A model generated the notes under the pieces. It was not told the DNA's origin. It saw only the letters and a list, made by a program, of their open reading frames with translations, and made no database searches. A DNA stretch of 46,103 nt, from positions 1-46,103 of the forward strand of contig CANRAE010000002.1 of NCBI GenBank assembly GCA_947628525.1. Reading direction: 5' to 3'. Of the stretch, positions 40,974 to 46,103 are shown piece by piece. Each line of letters opens with the position of its first letter. Position 1 is the stretch's first letter. Both the position numbers and the translations under genes were made by a program. The DNA is from an uncultured Bacilli bacterium (GTDB lineage: Bacteria > Bacillota_I > Bacilli_A > RF39 > UBA660).

Positions 40974-43289
40974 ATGTATACTGAATATGAAGAAAAAAAA
41001 GGATTTCCAATAAGAGATTTCCTAATTAAACTAGTATTAATTGTAATATTTGTTTTACTTTTAATGTGGTTATTACCAATACCAAATATGAAAGGTATAA
41101 ACAATACTATATTTAATGCTAATGTTCAAACTATGAAAGATGCGGCTATTAATTATTTTACGACTGAAAGATTACCGCAAAAAGTAGGGGAAAAGAAGAC
41201 TTTAACTTTGGAAGAAATGTTAGAGCTTAAACTTTTATTACCTTTTACTGATAAGAATGGTGAGACATGTGATGTAGATGAGTCTTATGTTACGATTGAA
41301 AAATTGGAGACAGAGTATTTACTTACTGTTCATTTGAAATGTAAAGATGAAGAAGATGAAATTGTCGTTTATTTAGGATGCTATTCATATTGTACAACCG
41401 ATGTTTGTGAAAAGAAAGAAGAGAAAAAAGACGATGATAAAAATCCAGGTAACAATGGTGGCGGTGATGTTGCTGTTGTTGGTGGACCTTCTTGTAGTTT
41501 AACTATTGCCTCAGGTAAAGCTGGTGAAAACGGCTGGTATGTAGGTGATGTCGTAGTTAAGTTTAAGAGTAAGACGGCTACTAATAATGCTAAAATTACT
41601 AATTATGGTATAGGATTATCTAATAACTATGATGGCAAAGATTCTTATACTGTTAATAAAGACGGGGTTACAACTGTTTATGGATTTGTTAAAGATTCTA
41701 ATGGTAAAACAGCAGTTTGTAGTATTGATGTAAAAAGAGATACAGTAGCTCCATCATGTGGCTTAACCGTTTTAAGCGGAAGTGTTGGATCTGATGGATC
41801 ATATATAAATGATGTTGTTGTTGGTTTCTCATCTAGAACTGATGCTACTAGTGGTGTTAAACAATTTGGAATGGGTACAACAGCTAAGCCAAATTACAAC
41901 AGTAACGATCGTTATACTGTTAATACTAATGGTTCGACAACTGTTTATGGTTACGTTAAAGATGCTGCTGGACATACTAAAACTTGTGATTTAACTGTTA
42001 AACGAAATGCTTCTAAAAATGATTCTGTACCATCTTGTAACCTTGAAATTAAAAGTGGTAATTTAGGAACTAATAATTGGTATGTTTCTAATGTAACTGT
42101 TGGATTTAAATCTAAAACAACAACTAATGGTGCTACTATTACTTCATTTGGAATTGGAACAGCACCAGTATATAACAATTCATCAACCTATGAATTGAAA
42201 AATGATGGAATATATGTTGTTAAAGGATATGTAAAAGATTCTAATGGTCATACAGCTACTTGTAGTATTACCGTAAAAAGAGATGCTACTAAACCTAATT
42301 GTAATTTAGTTGTATTAAGTGGTACTAAGAATAATTCTGGTAACTATACAAGTAATGTTGTAGTAGGATTTAGAAATAGAACTGATGCTACTAGTGGTGT
42401 TGGAGCTTATGGTATATCTGCTGGTAATAATCCAACATATAATAGTAGTGATAGAATAACTATAACTAATAATGGAACACATACAATTCGTGGATATGTA
42501 AAAGATAATGCTGGTAATACTAATACTTGTGATATAACTATTACTAAAGTTGCCTTAACATATGAGTACGAATATATGAAACATATAGATGCTACTTATA
42601 GTAATTGGGGAAATTGGACAACGAAAGAGTATGATCCAAGTAATGCTCCTAAATGGGGAATATCAAGTGATGGTTTATCTGAGACAAAAGATCTAGGTAA
42701 ATCAACAACCTATAAATATAGAAATGGATCTCCAATATATGTTAATAGATTAATGGAATCTGATAGTGTAGCTGTTAAAACATGTGCTGGATATAATTAT
42801 TATCGTAGTCAAACAACAACGACTAAAACTTATGCTATAAAAGTTGCTGATGGTTGGGTATTTCAACAATATGTTCAAATTCCTAGCTCAACAGTTCCAA
42901 CTGATACTTTAATGTATAAATATGAATTAGTTAATATTGAGTCTGACGAATGTAATGGTGGATGTACTACAACCCCAGGATATACTTTATGGAAAAAATA
43001 TTCACGTAACGTTTCAACGGTAACAGCCGAAGATACAATTGTTTCATCAAATGGTGTAACAGTTAAATGTAGTAATTATGAACAAAAACCTATAAAAGTA
43101 TTTAATACTTTGGAAATAATTGCTGGATATGAAAAAATTCGTGTTGAAGATACTGTTTATAAATATCAAATTAGATATCGTACTTTATTAAATGCTGCTT
43201 ATAATGATATTAAATGGAGTACTTATAATGATTTAACATTAATTTCACAAGGATATAAAATGACGGGTAATTATAGATTGGTTGGTTAG
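40974..43289 (+). CDS. N-terminally anchored surface protein with a pilin-like head and four Cys-bracketed Ig-like repeats
   Basis: 771 aa. ATG lies 2 nt after the smr stop, with RBS GGGGG. N-terminus MYTEYEEKKGFPIRDFLIKLVLIVIFVLLLMWLLPIPN. Four roughly 87-93-aa repeats span aa 172-525. The C-terminal roughly 245 aa are unassigned. Confidence 0.75.
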   Translation: MYTEYEEKKGFPIRDFLIKLVLIVIFVLLLMWLLPIPNMKGINNTIFNANVQTMKDAAINYFTTERLPQKVGEKKTLTLEEMLELKLLLPFTDKNGETCDVDESYVTIEKLETEYLLTVHLKCKDEEDEIVVYLGCYSYCTTDVCEKKEEKKDDDKNPGNNGGGDVAVVGGPSCSLTIASGKAGENGWYVGDVVVKFKSKTATNNAKITNYGIGLSNNYDGKDSYTVNKDGVTTVYGFVKDSNGKTAVCSIDVKRDTVAPSCGLTVLSGSVGSDGSYINDVVVGFSSRTDATSGVKQFGMGTTAKPNYNSNDRYTVNTNGSTTVYGYVKDAAGHTKTCDLTVKRNASKNDSVPSCNLEIKSGNLGTNNWYVSNVTVGFKSKTTTNGATITSFGIGTAPVYNNSSTYELKNDGIYVVKGYVKDSNGHTATCSITVKRDATKPNCNLVVLSGTKNNSGNYTSNVVVGFRNRTDATSGVGAYGISAGNNPTYNSSDRITITNNGTHTIRGYVKDNAGNTNTCDITITKVALTYEYEYMKHIDATYSNWGNWTTKEYDPSNAPKWGISSDGLSETKDLGKSTTYKYRNGSPIYVNRLMESDSVAVKTCAGYNYYRSQTTTTKTYAIKVADGWVFQQYVQIPSSTVPTDTLMYKYELVNIESDECNGGCTTTPGYTLWKKYSRNVSTVTAEDTIVSSNGVTVKCSNYEQKPIKVFNTLEIIAGYEKIRVEDTVYKYQIRYRTLLNAAYNDIKWSTYNDLTLISQGYKMTGNYRLVG
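41487..42548 (+). repeat. Four diverged tandem coding repeats (about 260-280 bp each) in an A-B-A-B pattern
   Basis: A units: SCSLTIASGKAGENGWYVGDVVVKFKSKTATNNAKITNYGIG and SCNLEIKSGNLGTNNWYVSNVTVGFKSKTTTNGATITSFGIG. B units: SCGLTVLSGSVGSDGSYINDVVVGFSSRTDATSGVKQFGMG and NCNLVVLSGTKNNSGNYTSNVVVGFRNRTDATSGVGAYGIS. Each unit ends in G.VKD..G.T..C.I.VKR. Confidence 0.8.
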
Positions 43290-43301
43290 AAGGAGATATG
43301 T

Positions 43302-46004
43302 ATGAAAGAAAATATTAAAATATTAGTAACTTACAATTATGATGAACTTAAAGGTGAACCTTATTTTGATACCTTTTATTTAGTGGATATCGATAGAAAT
43401 AGTATATTGGTTTCTGAACCATATGATGCTAATAAACATGAAAAGTTTATAACTGATATATTAAAGAAATATGGATATTCATCACTAGAAGAGGCTATTA
43501 AAGATGGTGCTTATTCAATAGTAGCACCAGATTCAGAAGAGTTAAAAAAATATTCATATCCAATTGAACCTGAGCCACCAAAAATTAAAGAAAAATTAAT
43601 TATTACTACTACTAAAAATGCTGATGGTAAAATAATTTTTGATAAAATTTATAAAGTGGATACCATAAATAATAAAGTTATAAGTGAAGAAAAGTTTGAT
43701 GTTAAAAAGCATCGTTCCTTAGTAAATGATTATTTAGTTGAACATGGTGTTGCTAATATCGATGAGGCTAGAAAAGAAGGGATATTATTAATATGTACTA
43801 ATAAGAATCCTGAACTTGAAAAATATGGTATAGATGTTACTCCTGATCCGGTTGAAGTTACTGAACCATTATATTTAACTGGTGACGTAAAAGATTATCG
43901 TAAACAAAAAAGAATAGCTGCTTTGGGTGGAGCTGGCGTTGGTGTACTTGGTATATTAGCGGGTGTTGCTGCTCAAAAGGAAGTAACACCAACCGATACG
44001 AATAATGAAATAGATGATATTTGGGATGCTGATATTCAAAAGTTGATTGACAGTTTAAATGAAGAGGGTAAAGCTTTCTTTAATGATGTATATGGCACTT
44101 TAAAAGATATGAATGATAAAGCATCAAAAGATAATAATTTTAAATTAAATGCTGATGGTGATACACAATTACAATTTACTGCCGAAGAATTAATAGCAGC
44201 TAAAATTACCTTAAATAATTATTCTGGTGAACAGTTATTAAAAATCTTTGGTACTACTAGTAAAATAGGTAATTTATCATTAGATACTGCTAGTATAGAA
44301 AAAGAAATGAATAACTTGTATTTAAAACTTTCAACTTATTATATGAATGCAGTTGAACCTATTGGTATAACTACTTTAATTGATAGTGATAGTGATCATG
44401 CTTTTTTTGAAAAACATGAGCAAGTTATTCTTGATTTTAATGCTAATCCATCAATCGAAGCTTCTGATAAGGTTATAAAAGCTTTATACGATAGTTATAC
44501 ATATGGTGGAAAAAATGGTGAATATAACTCACATAATGGTTATGTATCTTGGTTAGCTACATCAATGCATTATGCTAATGTTCTAAGAACACGTAATGTT
44601 CCAGAATATAATGAAGTTCATAATGTAAGTGATAGTGAAAGACAAGAACATAAAGAAGGATATATTGAAGTTGGTACAAAAAGAGCAACTTTAATTGAAA
44701 ATAATGAAACATTAGATGACGCAATGATGGACACAACACTATTAAAGGAACTTAACGATAAGAGTTTGTGTGCATCAGCTAGAAATAGTTTTGAATCTAC
44801 ATTTAGAGATTATGAATTAAAAAGAAGTGCAACATCAGCTATATATAATACAGATACAGAACGATATGAAAAAGAATTAGCAAATTTAGAAAACTTAAAT
44901 GTATTAGAAAATAATTTGGCTGAACTTTTAAATCGTGAAGTAGGTGTACTAGAACATAGCGATATTATTCAATTGATTAATCATAGATTTTTACCTAATC
45001 AACAATTAGATAAAAATGATGAGGTTATCGTTGGTAAAGATGAAGAGGGTAATACAGTTGTTGATAAAGAACAATTTGATAAATTACCAAGCGAAGAACA
45101 AGATAAAGTAATTAAAGAACATGGCACTGTTACTGGTACCAATACTTCAACAACAGAACAACAAGTAAATAAAGAAGATTTAACAGCCAGTGAAAAAGAA
45201 GAAGCCAATAGACAAGAAGCTATTTTAGAAGAGACAGATGATATGTTTGCTGCATTGCAATTACAAGCTATTCTTGATGCTAACGATTATGTTGAAGAAA
45301 AAGGAGCTTACCATTACAATAAAACCATTATCAATTCTTATGATGGTCAAGTTATTGATACAAGTAATAAATCTTTATTCAATATAGTTGCATATGCTGG
45401 GGCTTTTGGTGATGGTGCACCTGAGATTAATGGCAATGATAATCAAGTTCAAGAGCGTTTAAATAAAGAGGCTAATGAAGCAAAACAAGCATTAGAATCT
45501 TTATCAAATGAAGGTAAAGCTTATTTGAAAGATAAGTATGGAAGTAATTGGCAAAATGTTGTATTACAAAATAATTACAAAGATACTTTTGTTGCTGAAT
45601 TAAACCAAGAGTTGGACAACGCTAGAACCGAAGGGGCTAGAATTGTAAAAGAAGCAGCAAAGCAAGCTTATGATGCTATTCAAAGTGAATGGACAGAAGA
45701 AGATAATAAAGAAGAAAATAAGCAAGACGAAAATCAGCCAGGTACAGGTGAAGGTAATAAAGGTGAAGACAACCAAGATGATGACTATGATCCAAATTTA
45801 GATCCTGATTATCAGGTTCCTGGTGAGTTACCATTTGACCCACTTGATCCATTTGTAGATGGTTACTCAAACGTTGAGCCAGGTATTGGTAAAAATGGTG
45901 AGCCAGATATTGGTGAAAATGTTTCTTGGGAAGATATGTTACAACAAGTTAACAATGATGCTCTTGGAAATGATGCTCCTGTACCTGTATATAGTAAAAG
46001 ATAG
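43302..46004 (+). CDS. Large hypothetical membrane protein with a duplicated N-terminal cytoplasmic module, one TM and a roughly 680-aa extracytoplasmic region
   Basis: RBS AAGGAG. Two roughly 95-aa repeats (ILVTYNYDELKGEPYFDTFYLVDIDRNSILVSEPYDANKHEKFITDILKKYGYSSLEEAIKDGAYSIV and LIITTTKNADGKIIFDKIYKVDTINNKVISEEKFDVKKHRSLVNDYLVEHGVANIDEARKEGILLI). TM IAALGGAGVGVLGILAGVAA. Acidic C-terminal tail. Confidence 0.65.
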   Translation: MKENIKILVTYNYDELKGEPYFDTFYLVDIDRNSILVSEPYDANKHEKFITDILKKYGYSSLEEAIKDGAYSIVAPDSEELKKYSYPIEPEPPKIKEKLIITTTKNADGKIIFDKIYKVDTINNKVISEEKFDVKKHRSLVNDYLVEHGVANIDEARKEGILLICTNKNPELEKYGIDVTPDPVEVTEPLYLTGDVKDYRKQKRIAALGGAGVGVLGILAGVAAQKEVTPTDTNNEIDDIWDADIQKLIDSLNEEGKAFFNDVYGTLKDMNDKASKDNNFKLNADGDTQLQFTAEELIAAKITLNNYSGEQLLKIFGTTSKIGNLSLDTASIEKEMNNLYLKLSTYYMNAVEPIGITTLIDSDSDHAFFEKHEQVILDFNANPSIEASDKVIKALYDSYTYGGKNGEYNSHNGYVSWLATSMHYANVLRTRNVPEYNEVHNVSDSERQEHKEGYIEVGTKRATLIENNETLDDAMMDTTLLKELNDKSLCASARNSFESTFRDYELKRSATSAIYNTDTERYEKELANLENLNVLENNLAELLNREVGVLEHSDIIQLINHRFLPNQQLDKNDEVIVGKDEEGNTVVDKEQFDKLPSEEQDKVIKEHGTVTGTNTSTTEQQVNKEDLTASEKEEANRQEAILEETDDMFAALQLQAILDANDYVEEKGAYHYNKTIINSYDGQVIDTSNKSLFNIVAYAGAFGDGAPEINGNDNQVQERLNKEANEAKQALESLSNEGKAYLKDKYGSNWQNVVLQNNYKDTFVAELNQELDNARTEGARIVKEAAKQAYDAIQSEWTEEDNKEENKQDENQPGTGEGNKGEDNQDDDYDPNLDPDYQVPGELPFDPLDPFVDGYSNVEPGIGKNGEPDIGENVSWEDMLQQVNNDALGNDAPVPVYSKR

Positions 46005-46047
46005 TAATTAAAAACTTTGTTAAAAAAAAAGGTTCTTAAACATTAAG

Positions 46048-46080
46048 GAGTGGTGAAAGAAATTTTACCACTCTTTAAAA
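46048..46080 (+). terminator. Candidate terminator
   Basis: GAGTGGT (46048-46054) pairs with ACCACTC (46067-46073) around a 12-nt loop, followed by TTTAAAA (a weak T tract). Confidence 0.45.
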
Positions 46081-46103
46081 TACAAAAAAAAGACATTACA
46101 ACA

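Noticed and set aside
41487-42548. Periodic repeats that might have been a CRISPR array or a satellite.
   Set aside because: The units are about 260-280 bp, diverged and in frame within one ORF. They encode Ig-like protein repeats, with no short identical direct repeats or spacers.
1-46103. Genetic code 4 or 25 (TGA reassigned) as the explanation for the absence of TGA stops.
   Set aside because: No in-frame TGA occurs in any long ORF, and Trp is encoded by TGG throughout. There is therefore no evidence that TGA is read as a sense codon here.

Overview
Domain, motif and RNA calls were made by eye, with no database search. This is a low-GC (roughly 30%) Bacillota-type chromosomal segment, possibly from a spore-forming Erysipelotrichia- or Clostridia-like lineage; that taxonomic guess is inference only. 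I support about 35 protein genes, 31 of them on the + strand.

Housekeeping content:
- The start of a dcw cluster: mraZ (5' partial), rsmH, ftsL, and a class B PBP with two PASTA domains.
- def, recD2, an AI-2E transporter, and an Ala-specific T-box leader in front of a P-loop kinase-like gene plus alaS.
- A CinA/PncC-like gene, hisS, tcdA, lexA with a divergent candidate SOS operon (unknown protein plus a XerC/D-type recombinase), ppdK, a PfkB kinase and an Smr protein.

The accessory theme interleaved with these genes is the most interesting content:
- Four paralogous secreted proteins (starts 5859, 18054, 28540, 29101) share a TasA/camelysin-like, SipW-type signal peptide and a conserved beta-domain signature.
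- One of them sits in a three-gene cassette with an archaeal/ER-type (SipW-like) signal peptidase fused to an unrecognised 8-TM domain, followed by a two-TM partner protein.
- Two lie in tandem directly downstream of a highly divergent 1080-aa SecA paralogue.
- One is fused to a Listeria-Bacteroides repeat and an ALK/LTK-type glycine-rich domain.

Together these look like a dispersed, largely uncharacterised fibre export and assembly system. Several large TM-anchored surface proteins are also present (1580, 771, 900 and 314 aa), none with an LPXTG motif.

I found no rRNA, tRNA, CRISPR array or clear mobile element. None of the 35 CDS I checked ends in TGA (29 TAA, 6 TAG).
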